Shown: positions 16,489-26,428, numbered from the stretch's first letter. The stretch: DNA of 64,000 bases from Alphaproteobacteria bacterium (GCA_965248835.1 CBDFLJ010000001.1:1440001-1504000), one strand, 5' to 3'. A program made the numbers and translations. Notes: a model not told the origin generated them from the letters alone.

Positions 16489-17535
16489 TCATTCGCCGGT
16501 TGCCGGCAGCGCGACCAGAAGAAGAACGCCGTAGAGCAGGAAGAATACGGCATCCTTGACCGCCGGCATCCCGTGGCGCGCCTGCGCGCGCGCGCTCAAG
16601 AGGACGGCAAGCTCCAGGATGAAGAACCCCAGCGACAGATAGAAGATCGGCCACAGGGTCTGCCACCACGAGATGCCGTCGGGCGTGGCCACGCCCTGGC
16701 TCGCGCGCCAGATTACCAGAAGGACCGGTGCGAGCGTGACATAGGCATAGCCCAGCAGGAACCGCATCCGCCCGGCGGTTCGATCGATGATCCAGAAGAC
16801 GACAAGCACGGCGAGGATCTGGACGGTGTCCCAGAACAGCGCGACGTATTTCCCGTCCGCGCCGGACTCCGCGAGGTTGACGAAGCCCAACACCAGCAGG
16901 AACGCCAGCCCGTCGCAGAACAACCATTCCCGGAACGATTCGGCGCTCTGCTTCCCTGCCTCGGCGCGCGAAGCCTTGTCGAGGATGAGCACGAGGATGA
17001 CCGCGAACGCACCCGGATAGGCGAGCGATAGCATCAGCCGGTATCGCTGGGCGCCGGCGACATAGGTCCAGTTCAGCAGCAGCAGGGCCGCGATCAGGAT
17101 CGCGATCCCGACCACGGGGACGAACAGCGAGGACCCGGTGCGCTCGGCCGCTTCCTGCGCCGGCGCGGCGACGGCGCCGGTGCGTGCGCGCATCCAGACG
17201 ACGACCAGGAATCCGAGGACCGCAAGCCCGGCGGCGATCAGCATGACGACGAAGAACGACGATGCGCCGGTCTGGGTACGCCAGGGGCCGCTTTTGCCCT
17301 CCCCGAGGGAGAGGGGATCGAGCTGCCAGACCAGCACCGCGCAGGCCACGACCAGCAGCGTAGCGGCCAGGATCATCGGGTAATGTGCCCCGACCGGATG
17401 CCGCGCCGGAACGTCCGGCGCAGCGCCGTCGGCCGCGCGGCCCCACCTGGCGACCGCCGCAATCACGAAGCAGACCAGCGCCAGGACGGCGATGCCGCCC
17501 ATTACCTCCAGGAAGGCGATCGAGCGGCTATCCAT
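16489..17535 (-). CDS. Orphan polytopic membrane protein (about 10 TM) with duplicated N-terminal 2-TM unit
   Basis: Repeated hydrophobic segments; co-oriented between the nitrilase gene and the 4-TM paralog. Confidence 0.78.
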   Translation of the reverse strand: MDSRSIAFLEVMGGIAVLALVCFVIAAVARWGRAADGAAPDVPARHPVGAHYPMILAATLLVVACAVLVWQLDPLSLGEGKSGPWRTQTGASSFFVVMLIAAGLAVLGFLVVVWMRARTGAVAAPAQEAAERTGSSLFVPVVGIAILIAALLLLNWTYVAGAQRYRLMLSLAYPGAFAVILVLILDKASRAEAGKQSAESFREWLFCDGLAFLLVLGFVNLAESGADGKYVALFWDTVQILAVLVVFWIIDRTAGRMRFLLGYAYVTLAPVLLVIWRASQGVATPDGISWWQTLWPIFYLSLGFFILELAVLLSARAQARHGMPAVKDAVFFLLYGVLLLVALPATGE

Positions 17536-17567
17536 CGCCGGACCGTGCTGAGGCCGGGTGTGCCGTC

Positions 17568-18431
17568 TCAGATTCGGACCAGAGGCTCATAGGTCTCCGG
17601 CCGCCGGTCACGATAGAACTGCCAGAGGTTGCGCACCTCGCGCACGACCTCGAGATCCATCTCGCAGGTGAGGACCTCGTCCCGGTCCTCGCTCGCCTGG
17701 GCGAGGATCCTGCCGCGCGGGTCGGCGAAGTAGCTGGCGCCGTAGAACCGGCCGATCTCCCACGGCGTCTCGGTGCCGATGCGGTTGACCGCGCCGACGA
17801 AATAGCCGTTGGCGACGGCGGCGGCGGGCTGTTCGAGCTCCCATAGATGGCGGCTCAGCCCGGCCACGGTGGCCGATGGGTTGACGACGTACTCCGCGCC
17901 CGCCAGGCCCAGCGCCCGCCAGCCTTCCGGGAAATGCCGGTCGTAGCAGATGTAGACCGCGAGCCGGCAAAAGGCGGTCTCGAACACCGGATAACCCGCG
18001 TTGCCGGGCTTGAAGAAGAATTTTTCGTAAAATCCCGCAACCTGCGGGATGTGGTGCTTGCGGTACTTGCCGAGGTATCGGCCGTCGGCGTCGATCACCG
18101 CGGCGGTGTTGTAATAGACCCCGGTGGTCTCCTCCTCGTAGATCGGCACGACGATGACCATGCCATGCGCCCTGGCCTGTTCCTGCATCAGCCGGACGGT
18201 CGGGCCGTCGGGGACGGGCTCGGCCGCGCCGTACCATCTGGTGTCCTGGCTGGGACAGAAATAGGGCTGGTTGAAGACCTCCTGCAGGCACAGCACCTGG
18301 ACGCCGCGGGCTGCGGCTTCGGCGATCAGCGGCAGGTGCGCCTCGTTCATGATGTCGCGGATCCGCTCCGGCGGCTCCTCGGTGCCGGCCTTGAGAGCCA
18401 TCTGGATCAGCCCGCCCTTGAGCATGCTCAT
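17568..18431 (-). CDS. Nitrilase-family beta-ureidopropionase / N-carbamoyl amidohydrolase
   Basis: Catalytic triad motifs CLQEVF, YRKHHIP, ICYDRHFPEGWR; EKFFFKPGN; NPSATV. Confidence 0.9.
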   Translation of the reverse strand: MSMLKGGLIQMALKAGTEEPPERIRDIMNEAHLPLIAEAAARGVQVLCLQEVFNQPYFCPSQDTRWYGAAEPVPDGPTVRLMQEQARAHGMVIVVPIYEEETTGVYYNTAAVIDADGRYLGKYRKHHIPQVAGFYEKFFFKPGNAGYPVFETAFCRLAVYICYDRHFPEGWRALGLAGAEYVVNPSATVAGLSRHLWELEQPAAAVANGYFVGAVNRIGTETPWEIGRFYGASYFADPRGRILAQASEDRDEVLTCEMDLEVVREVRNLWQFYRDRRPETYEPLVRI

Positions 18432-18551
18432 GCCCGCCTCCCCCAATGCGCCGGCATCGCCTTGCGAGCGGTGTCATACCATCTGGCGGCGCCCGGCGAC
18501 AGGCGCGCAAGCCGCCCGCGATACCATGTCTCCCGCGTCACGCGATCCTGC

Positions 18552-19625
18552 TCATCCGCCGCGCGGATAGAGCCGGGTGATATGGCCCATCTTGCGGCCC
18601 GGCCGCGCGTCCGCCTTGCCGTAGAGATGCAGCCGCGCGCCGGGGTCGGACAACGGGGCGAGCCAGTCCTCGATCTCCTCGCCCAGGATGTTGGTCATCA
18701 CCGCATCGCTGTGGCGCTCGGTCCCCGACAGCGGCAGGCCGCAGATCGCGCGGACCAGGAGCTCGAACTGGCTGGTCGGGCAGGCATCGATGGTCCAATG
18801 CCCGGAGTTGTGCGGGCGCGGGGCGATTTCGTTGACCAGCAACCGGCCGCCCGCGCAGGCAAACATCTCCACCGCCATCACGCCGACCAGATCGAGCGCC
18901 CCGGCAATCTTCTCGGCGATCGCGCGCGCCTGTCCGGCCATTGCCGGATCGATCCGGGCCGGTGCGCGGGTGGTTCTCAGGATCCCGTTCTCGTGGCGGT
19001 TCTCCACCGCATCGAAGGCGGCGATCACCCCGTCTTCCCCACGGCCCAGCACCACCGAGAGCTCGCAGGTGAAATCCACCCAGGCCTCGAGCACGCCGCG
19101 CGGTGCGGCAAGCGCGGACCACGCCGGACCCGGGTCGGTATCGTCTGCGATCCGGATCTGACCCTTGCCGTCATAGCCGAGCCGGGCGGTCTTGAGGATG
19201 CCGGGCCTGCCGAGGGCGGCGCGCGCATCGGCCAGCGCTTCGGCCGAGGCGACAGCCCGGTAGGCGGTGGTCGCAACGCCGATCCGGTTGAGGAAATCCT
19301 TCTCCTCGAGGCGGTCCTGAGCGATCTCCAGGGCCTGTTTTCCGGGGCGCACCGGGATCCGTGCGGCCAGATGCGCGACCGCGCTTATCGGGATGTTCTC
19401 GAACTCGTAGGTGACAACATCGACCGCTGCGGCGAACCCATCGAGCGCGGCGCAATCGTCATAATCCGCCACCGTCGCCGCGCAGGCCACCTCGGCCGCC
19501 GGAGAGTCCGCGTCGGGGCACAGGACATGGCACCGATAGCCCATCGCCGCCGCGGCAAGCGCGGTCATCCGGCCGAGCTGCCCGCCGCCCAGGATGCCGA
19601 TCGTCGAGCCGGGCGGCAGCCTCAT
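18552..19625 (-). CDS. purK: N5-carboxyaminoimidazole ribonucleotide synthase
   Basis: GILGGGQLGRM, TYEFEN, GYDGKGQ, NEIAPRPHNSGH, RPGRKMGH. Confidence 0.97.
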   Translation of the reverse strand: MRLPPGSTIGILGGGQLGRMTALAAAAMGYRCHVLCPDADSPAAEVACAATVADYDDCAALDGFAAAVDVVTYEFENIPISAVAHLAARIPVRPGKQALEIAQDRLEEKDFLNRIGVATTAYRAVASAEALADARAALGRPGILKTARLGYDGKGQIRIADDTDPGPAWSALAAPRGVLEAWVDFTCELSVVLGRGEDGVIAAFDAVENRHENGILRTTRAPARIDPAMAGQARAIAEKIAGALDLVGVMAVEMFACAGGRLLVNEIAPRPHNSGHWTIDACPTSQFELLVRAICGLPLSGTERHSDAVMTNILGEEIEDWLAPLSDPGARLHLYGKADARPGRKMGHITRLYPRGG

Positions 19626-19631
19626 CGATGG

Positions 19632-20129
19632 TCAATCGGCCGGCGTATCGGGCACCTCGGCCGTCTGGCGCGCACGCCAGGCGTCCAGCGCCCGGGCCAC
19701 GGCCGGATCGCCGAGCGCGAGCACCGCGGCGGCAAGCAGCGCGGCATTGATCGCGCCGGGTCTGCCGACCGCCGTCGTTCCCACCGGCACGCCGCCCGGC
19801 ATCTGGACGATCGACAGCAGGCTGTCCAGGCCCGACAGCCCGGTCGAGCCGACCGGCACGCCGAAGACGGGCAATGGGGTCATCGCGGCCGTCATGCCCG
19901 GCAGGTGGGCGGCCCCGCCGGCACCGGCGATGATCACCTTGAGCCCGCGCTCGCGCGCGCCGGCGGCATAGGCGTACAGCCTGTCGGGTGTGCGGTGGGC
20001 CGAGACCACCCGGGTCTCGAAGGGAATATCGAGCGCATCGAGCGTATCGGCGGCATGGCTCATCGTCGCCCAGTCCGACCGGCTGCCCATGATGATGCCG
20101 ACGAGCGGCGCTGCGGCATCGGGCGGCAT
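19632..20129 (-). CDS. purE: N5-carboxyaminoimidazole ribonucleotide mutase
   Basis: [39 protein letters not shown]. Confidence 0.97.
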   Translation of the reverse strand: MPPDAAAPLVGIIMGSRSDWATMSHAADTLDALDIPFETRVVSAHRTPDRLYAYAAGARERGLKVIIAGAGGAAHLPGMTAAMTPLPVFGVPVGSTGLSGLDSLLSIVQMPGGVPVGTTAVGRPGAINAALLAAAVLALGDPAVARALDAWRARQTAEVPDTPAD

Positions 20130-20270
20130 GGGCGGGCGTCTCCGTCTCCCTCGGGCGCCGCATTATAGGATCGCCGACCCCTGCCGGGCCAGCCGGTGCG
20201 AGACGTCGTCAACCGCTCCGATGCCGGAGCCTGTCCCGACAAGTCGGATCGGCCGACGGTTGCGCCGGCC

Positions 20271-20471
20271 TCAGGCGATGATGTCGGGCAGCAGAATGGC
20301 CCGGAGCCGGGTGATTGCGTCCTTGAGCATCAGCTTGCGCTTCTTCAGGCGCTGGACCTGAAGCTGGTCGAACGGCGCGTTGTCGGAAATTCGCGCAATC
20401 ACGTCGTCCAGATCGCGATGCTGGGTCTCCAAATCCGCAAGCTGCCGGCGCAGAACGTCGTACTCTTCCAT
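20271..20471 (-). CDS. DUF465/YdcH family small coiled-coil protein
   Basis: HRDLD..I...DQLQVQRLKKRKL.LKD.I...LPDIIA; upstream of purE. Confidence 0.85.
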   Translation of the reverse strand: MEEYDVLRRQLADLETQHRDLDDVIARISDNAPFDQLQVQRLKKRKLMLKDAITRLRAILLPDIIA

Positions 20472-20602
20472 CACCTCAATTGGCCGGTGGGAGTGGTCGG
20501 CGCAGTATAGCAGCGTCTGGACGAAACCGTTATCACTGGATTGGTTCCGTGCGGTGCCTAGTCCACCGCGGCGAATGGGGGCGGCCGGAATTGAGCGGGC
20601 AA

Positions 20603-21697
20603 ATGCGGATCGGCATCTTGACCAGCGGCGGCGACTGCGCGGGGCTCAACGCCGCGATCAGGGCCGTCGCCTATCGGGCGATCGGCGGCCACGGCTGGAA
20701 GGTCTTCGGCATCCACCAAGGGACCGTGGGCCTGATGCGCCGGCCGGTCGATCACCGCGAGCTCACCCTGGACATGTTCGACGGCAACCTGTTGCGTCAG
20801 GGCGGCACGATCCTCGGGACGACGAACCGCGGCGATCCGTTCGCCTGGCCGATGCCCGACGGGACACTCAAGGACCGCTCGGAAGAGATCATCGAAGGCT
20901 ACCGGCTGCTCGGGCTGGAGGCGCTGATCGTGATCGGCGGCGACGGCAGCCTTGGGATCGCGCGCCGGATCGCCCAGCAGGGCGGCCTCAACCTGATCGG
21001 CATCCCCAAGACCATCGACAACGATGTCGGCGCCACCGAGAACGCGATCGGCTTCGGCACCGCGGTCGATGTCGCGACCGAGGCGCTGGACAGGCTCCAG
21101 CCGACCGCGGCGAGCCACAGCCGGGTGCTGGTGCTCGAGGTTATGGGCCGCGATGCCGGGCACATTGCTCTGAACGCGGGGATTGCCGGCGGGGCGGACG
21201 TGATCCTGATCCCCGAGATCCCCTATACGCTGAACGGCATCGCCGGAAAGATCGAACGGGTCAGGAGGCAGGGCCGCAACTTCGCCCTGGTCGTGGTCGC
21301 CGAAGCGGTCAAGACCGAGGACGGCACGCGGGTGATGGTCACCGATTCGACCGGCAAAAAGCGCCTGGGCGGTATCGGTTATCACCTGGGCTCACGCATC
21401 GCCGACACGACCGCAGCGGAGACCCGGGTGACCGTGCTCGGCCATGTCCAGCGCGGCGGCACGCCGTCGCCGCGTGACCGGCTGTTCGCGGCCTCGTTCG
21501 GCGTCCACGCGGTCGAGCTGATCGCCCAGCGCCGGTTCGACCGCATGGTCGGCTGGTCCAACCGGCAATGCATCGATGTGCCGCTTGCCGATGCGATCGC
21601 CCACTACCAGGCCGTCGAACCCGGCGGAGCGCTGGTGCGCACCGCGCGCGGGCTCGGGATCTATATCGGCAGCGAGGCAGAGGCCAATGACCATTGA
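20603..21697 (+). CDS. pfkA: 6-phosphofructokinase (PfkA family, GGDG/PKTIDND type)
   Basis: LTSGGDCAGLN, GGTILGT, IGGDGS, PKTIDND, EVMGR.AG, LGHVQRGG. Confidence 0.93.
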   Translation: MRIGILTSGGDCAGLNAAIRAVAYRAIGGHGWKVFGIHQGTVGLMRRPVDHRELTLDMFDGNLLRQGGTILGTTNRGDPFAWPMPDGTLKDRSEEIIEGYRLLGLEALIVIGGDGSLGIARRIAQQGGLNLIGIPKTIDNDVGATENAIGFGTAVDVATEALDRLQPTAASHSRVLVLEVMGRDAGHIALNAGIAGGADVILIPEIPYTLNGIAGKIERVRRQGRNFALVVVAEAVKTEDGTRVMVTDSTGKKRLGGIGYHLGSRIADTTAAETRVTVLGHVQRGGTPSPRDRLFAASFGVHAVELIAQRRFDRMVGWSNRQCIDVPLADAIAHYQAVEPGGALVRTARGLGIYIGSEAEANDH

Positions 21698-22256
21698 TTT
21701 CCCCGCACACCCGTTCTGGGACTTCTCGCTGGAAGTCTATGGCAGCACGGGCATCCCGGAGGCCTGCCTGGAGCTTCAGGAGGCCCACGGCGTCGATGTC
21801 AACGTGATCCTGTTCTGCTGCTGGCTGGGCCGCACCGGCCGCGGCCGGCTGGAGCGGGCCGAGACCGAGGCGATGTGCGGCGCGGTCGCGCAGTGGCACG
21901 AGGTCGCGGTGTGCGGCGTGCGTGCCGTCCGCCAGCGGTTGAAGGGCGGCATGCCGCCGGCCCCGATCGCGCTTTCCGAGCCGTTGCGTCGCCGCCTGGC
22001 CGCGATCGAAGTCCAGCTTGAGCATATCGAGCAGCTCATGTTGACGGAATCGGTCGATCGGGACGCCGACGCGGCCCGCACCGAAGCCGACCGTTTGGCC
22101 GATGCGGTTGCCAACACGCGGGACTATTTCGATGCGTTCGGCGCCGCGGCGACACCGGCCGATGCCGAAAGCTTCGCGGTCATCCTGGGTTCGGTCTTCC
22201 CCGAGGCGCCGGCCGCGCGGGTCCGCAGGGCCGCAGCACGGCTCGCCTCGGGCTGA
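21687..22256 (+). CDS. TIGR02444/DUF2390 family protein
   Basis: FWDFSL..Y...G....CL.LQ..HG.DVN..LFCCW; R..R..LK; E..EQ..L. Confidence 0.8.
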   Translation: MTIDFPAHPFWDFSLEVYGSTGIPEACLELQEAHGVDVNVILFCCWLGRTGRGRLERAETEAMCGAVAQWHEVAVCGVRAVRQRLKGGMPPAPIALSEPLRRRLAAIEVQLEHIEQLMLTESVDRDADAARTEADRLADAVANTRDYFDAFGAAATPADAESFAVILGSVFPEAPAARVRRAAARLASG

Positions 22257-22343
22257 TTTCCCTCATGGATGATTTGCAACATCGCCGCGTCGGGTTATCC
22301 TTGGGCGGTTGCGAAGCGAACCCGGAATAGGGAGGACGGATAC

Positions 22344-22517
22344 ATGGGCGTCGGTGATCAGGTCGAATCCCTCAAGGCACGCCATGCCGAGCTCGACATG
22401 GCGCTTTCCAAGGAGAATTCCAGACCGATGCCCGATCCGGTGATCATCGCCGACCTCAAGAAAAGAAAGCTTCGCATAAAGGACGAGCTGGCCAGGCTCC
22501 AGGACGCTTCCGTCTGA
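22344..22517 (+). CDS. DUF465/YdcH family small protein
   Basis: GGAGG RBS; L.ARHA.LD..L..E..RP.PD....LKKRKLRIKDEL. Confidence 0.85.
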   Translation: MGVGDQVESLKARHAELDMALSKENSRPMPDPVIIADLKKRKLRIKDELARLQDASV

Positions 22518-22561
22518 CGGTCACACGACATGCCGCACCCGCCGGGCGCGAGGGAGGCACC

Positions 22562-24466
22562 GTGAGCGAGCTGCTGATCGACCGACTCTGCCGCCAGGCC
22601 ATCGACGATCCCGAGACGTTCTGGGCAGACGCTGCCGAGGACATCTCCTGGGACCGCCGCTGGGACAAGGTGCTCGATGACGGCGCCGCGCCGCACCACC
22701 GGTGGTTCACCGGTGCGCGGCTGAATAGCTGCTACAACGCGCTCGACCGCCATATCGAGGCCGGCAACGGCCAGCGTCCGGCGCTGATCTACGACAGCCC
22801 GATCACCGGCGCCAAGGAGACCTTCAGCTATCGCGGCCTGCGAGACCGCGTCGCGCGCCTGGCCGGCGCCCTGGCTGCGCGCGGGGTGGTGCGCGGCGAC
22901 CGGGTGGTGATCTATATGCCGATGGTGCCCGAGGCCGCGATCGCGATGCTCGCCTGCGCCAGGATCGGGGCAATCCATTCGGTCGTGTTCGGCGGGTTCG
23001 CGGCCAACGAGCTGGCCATGCGGATCGACGATTCGACGCCCAAGGCGATCATCGCCGGCTCGTGCGGGATCGAGCCCGGACGGATCCTCGCCTACAAGCC
23101 GCTGCTCGATGCCGCGATCGAGACGGCGCGCCATAAGCCGGATTTCTGCATCATCCTCCAGCGTGAGGCGCTGCGGGCCGACATGGTGCCGGGCCGCGAT
23201 GTCGACTGGCACGAGGCCGAGGACGCAGCCAGCCCCCACGAATGCGTGTCGGTCGCAGCCACCGATCCGCTCTACATCCTCTACACCTCCGGCACCACCG
23301 GGCAGCCCAAGGGCATCGTCCGCGACAATGGCGGCCACGCGGTCGCGCTGCGCTGGTCGATGCCCAACATTTACGGTATTGCCGAGGACGAGGTGTTCTG
23401 GGCCGCCTCCGATGTCGGCTGGGTGGTCGGCCATTCCTATATCGTCTACGCGCCGCTGTTCAACGGCTCGACCAGCCTCCTTTTCGAGGGCAAGCCCGTC
23501 GGCACGCCCGACGCCGGCGTCTACTGGCGCATCATCGCCGAGCACGGCGTCAAGGCGCTGTTCACCGCACCGACCGCGTTCCGGGCGATCAAGAAGGAGG
23601 ATCCTGACTGCCGGTTGCTCGCGGCCCACGACCTCGGCCGGTTCGAGACTCTGTTCCTGGCCGGCGAACGGGCCGATCCGGACACCGTCCGCTGGGCGGA
23701 GGCCAAGCTCGGCGTGCCGGTTGTCGATCACTGGTGGCAGACCGAGACCGGCTGGCCGATGGCCGCCAATTGCGTCGGGCTGGGCCGGCTTCCGGTCAAG
23801 TACGGCTCGCCGACCCGTCCGGTGCCGGGCTGGGATCTCAAGGTGCTGGACGAGACCGGAACCGAGCGGCGGCCGGGCGAGATCGGCGCGCTGGTCGCGC
23901 GCCTGCCGATGCCGCCCGGCTGCGCGCCGACCCTATGGAATGCCGAGGATCGGTTCCGGCAGGCCTATCTGGCCGAGTTTCCCGGCTATTACGCCACCGC
24001 CGACGCCGGTTATATCGACGAGGACGGCTATATATTCGTGATGGCGCGGACCGACGACATCATCAACGTCGCCGGTCATCGACTGTCGACGGGCGCGATG
24101 GAGGAGGTCCTGGCGGAGCATCCCGACGTTGCCGAATGCGCGGTCATCGGCGTCGGCGATGCGATCAAGGGCCAGGTGCCGTTCGGCTTGCTGGTGCTCA
24201 AGGACGGCGTCGCCCGCCCGCCCGAATCGATCATCGGCGAGGTCGTCGACATGGTGCGCAGCCGCATCGGCCCGGTCGCCGCGTTCAAGACGGCCACCGT
24301 GGTCGCCCGGCTGCCCAAGACCCGGTCGGGCAAGATCCTGCGCGGCACTATGCGCAGCATCGCCGATGGCGAGGAATGGCGCATGCCGGCGACCATCGAC
24401 GACCCGGTGATCCTTGAGGAGATCACCGAATCGCTGAAATCGGCAGGCTACGCCGGCAACCGCTGA
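22562..24466 (+). CDS. prpE: Propionyl-CoA synthetase (acetate/propionate-CoA ligase family)
   Basis: YILYTSGTTGQPKG, SDVGWVVGHSY, DHWWQTETG, RTDDIINVAGHRLSTG, LPKTRSGKILR. Confidence 0.9.
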   Translation: MSELLIDRLCRQAIDDPETFWADAAEDISWDRRWDKVLDDGAAPHHRWFTGARLNSCYNALDRHIEAGNGQRPALIYDSPITGAKETFSYRGLRDRVARLAGALAARGVVRGDRVVIYMPMVPEAAIAMLACARIGAIHSVVFGGFAANELAMRIDDSTPKAIIAGSCGIEPGRILAYKPLLDAAIETARHKPDFCIILQREALRADMVPGRDVDWHEAEDAASPHECVSVAATDPLYILYTSGTTGQPKGIVRDNGGHAVALRWSMPNIYGIAEDEVFWAASDVGWVVGHSYIVYAPLFNGSTSLLFEGKPVGTPDAGVYWRIIAEHGVKALFTAPTAFRAIKKEDPDCRLLAAHDLGRFETLFLAGERADPDTVRWAEAKLGVPVVDHWWQTETGWPMAANCVGLGRLPVKYGSPTRPVPGWDLKVLDETGTERRPGEIGALVARLPMPPGCAPTLWNAEDRFRQAYLAEFPGYYATADAGYIDEDGYIFVMARTDDIINVAGHRLSTGAMEEVLAEHPDVAECAVIGVGDAIKGQVPFGLLVLKDGVARPPESIIGEVVDMVRSRIGPVAAFKTATVVARLPKTRSGKILRGTMRSIADGEEWRMPATIDDPVILEEITESLKSAGYAGNR

Positions 24467-24472
24467 CCGGCT

Positions 24473-25039
24473 CTACAGCTCCGGCGAAGCGGTCCGGTCT
24501 TCGTCCGGCACGGGCGCCTCGATGTAGCCCGCCTTGTCGAGCGCATTCTGCAGGTCGTGGCGGGTGCACAGGCCAAGCGTGACCGGCTCGCGAGGCTTGA
24601 TGTTGGCCATGTTCCAATGGGTGCGGTCGCGGATCGCCAGAATGGTCGGCTTGGTCGTGCCGATCAGCCGTGAGATCTGTCCGTCGCTCAGCCGCGGATA
24701 GTTGCGCACCAGCCAGGCGATCGCGTCCGGCTTGTCCTGGCGCCGGGCGACCGGCGTGTAGCGCGGCCCCTTGGTGCGCGGCGCGGGCGGCGGGATGTTC
24801 TGCACCGCCATGTTCAGCCGCCCCGCTGGGTCGGCCGCACACCGGTCGATCTCCTCGCGGGTAAGCTGGCCGTTGGCGATCGGGTCGAACCCGACGATCC
24901 CGATCGCGACCTCCTCATCGGCGATGCTCTGGACCTCGAGCTCGTGGAGGTCGCAGAAGTCCGCGATCTGCTCGAAGGTCAAGACGGTATTTTCGATCAG
25001 CCACACCGCGGTGGCTTTGGGCATCAGTGGTCTGGCCAT
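24473..25039 (-). CDS. trcR: DUF1013 family cell-cycle transcription regulator TrcR
   Basis: PLMPKATAVWL.ENT.LTF.QIA.FC.LH.LEV, RYTPV..RQDKPDAI.W, GTTK.TI..IR.RTHWN. Confidence 0.88.
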   Translation of the reverse strand: MARPLMPKATAVWLIENTVLTFEQIADFCDLHELEVQSIADEEVAIGIVGFDPIANGQLTREEIDRCAADPAGRLNMAVQNIPPPAPRTKGPRYTPVARRQDKPDAIAWLVRNYPRLSDGQISRLIGTTKPTILAIRDRTHWNMANIKPREPVTLGLCTRHDLQNALDKAGYIEAPVPDEDRTASPEL

Positions 25040-25070
25040 CAACTCTCCCCCAACCACGCCAGGCCGGCGT

Positions 25071-26072
25071 TCAGTTGGTCAATACGATTTTACCGATATG
25101 CTCGCTCGATTCCATCAACGTGTGCGCCGATGCGGCCGCGTCAAGGGCGAAAGTCGTATGGATCAGCGGGCCGATCCGGCCCGATTCGATCACGGGCCAA
25201 ACATGCTCGCGCACCGCATCGGCAATGGCGCCCTTTTGCGCGACGGTCCGCGGCCGCAGCGTCGATCCGGTCACGATCAGGCGCTTGCGCATGACGGTGT
25301 CCAGCCGCAGCACCGCCTCCGCGCCCTGCATGACCGCAATCTGGACCAGGCGTCCTTCGGGCCTGAGCGCGGCGATGTTCCGGGCCAGGTAATCGCCGCC
25401 CACGATGTCGAGAATCACATCGGCACCCGCGCCACCGGTCATCTCCTTGACCACTGCGACGAAGTCCTCGTCGCGGTAGTTGATCGCCCGCACCGCGCCC
25501 AAGGTCTCGCAAAGGCGGCACTTCTCGGCGGTACGCGCGGTCGTCAGCACCCGGCCGCCGAACGCGGTGGCGAGCTGGATGCCCGCCGTGCCGATGCCGC
25601 CCGACCCGCCATGGATCAGGACCCACTCGCCGGCTTTCATCGCCCCGCCGTCGAACAGGTTGGTCCACATTGTGAAGAAGGTCTCGGGGATCGCCGCGGC
25701 CTCGACCATGGAGCGGCCGGCCGGCAGCGGCAGGCATTGCTGCTGCGGTGCCACGCAGAATTCGGCGTAGCCGCCGCCGGACACCAGGGCGCAGACCTCA
25801 TCGCCCTGGGCAAGACCGTTCACGCCCGGACCCAGCCCCACGACGGTGCCGGCGATCTCGAGCCCGGGAATGTCGCTGGCGCCGGGCGGTGGTGGATAGA
25901 GGCCGTGCCGCTGCACGACATCGGGGTAGTTGACGCCGGCGGCAGCGACCCTGATCAGCACCTCGCCGTCTTCGGGCGCGGGCACGGCGCGCGCAGCAGG
26001 GCGCAGCACTTCCGGGCCACCGAATTCGGTGATTTCGATCGCCGTCATCGACGCGGGAACGGTTTCGCCCAT
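25071..26072 (-). CDS. NAD(P)H:quinone oxidoreductase, PIG3/MDR family
   Basis: AAGVN.PD..QR.G.YPPP.GAS, GGGYAE, HGGSGGIG, GSTLRPR, HIGKIVL. Confidence 0.92.
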   Translation of the reverse strand: MGETVPASMTAIEITEFGGPEVLRPAARAVPAPEDGEVLIRVAAAGVNYPDVVQRHGLYPPPPGASDIPGLEIAGTVVGLGPGVNGLAQGDEVCALVSGGGYAEFCVAPQQQCLPLPAGRSMVEAAAIPETFFTMWTNLFDGGAMKAGEWVLIHGGSGGIGTAGIQLATAFGGRVLTTARTAEKCRLCETLGAVRAINYRDEDFVAVVKEMTGGAGADVILDIVGGDYLARNIAALRPEGRLVQIAVMQGAEAVLRLDTVMRKRLIVTGSTLRPRTVAQKGAIADAVREHVWPVIESGRIGPLIHTTFALDAAASAHTLMESSEHIGKIVLTN

Positions 26073-26173
26073 CGCCTTCGGTGTTCGCCAATGGTTGGAG
26101 CAGGTTGCCTGTCTAAAGGCTGAGCGTCAGACTGGCAAGGTGGAATTCGGCCGACGAGCGGGAGATCCCGGCC

Positions 26174-26362
26174 ATGGAGGAAGATGATCTGCGGCCCCAG
26201 AAGGCCCCCGCCAAGCTGCGCAATCTCGACGATCTGTCGATCGAGGACCTCGAGGAATACATCGCCGAACTCGAAGCGGAGATTTCACGCGTCAGGCAGG
26301 ACATCGCCAAGAAGAATCGGCACCGCGAAGGCGTCGAGGGGCTGTTCAAAGGCGATCGATGA
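26174..26362 (+). CDS. DUF1192 family small protein
   Basis: LDDLSIEDLEEYIAELEAEI.R...K...R...E.LFK; GGAG RBS. Confidence 0.8.
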   Translation: MEEDDLRPQKAPAKLRNLDDLSIEDLEEYIAELEAEISRVRQDIAKKNRHREGVEGLFKGDR

Positions 26363-26428
26363 ACCGGCTTCGCCCTCGGCGCATGTTCCAATCGGATCGA
26401 GTCGGTGCGGTTTGCACCCCTACCCGGC

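Noticed and set aside
20271-22517. Two DUF465 genes close together
   Set aside because: From recall, a common arrangement near purE in Alphaproteobacteria; not unusual
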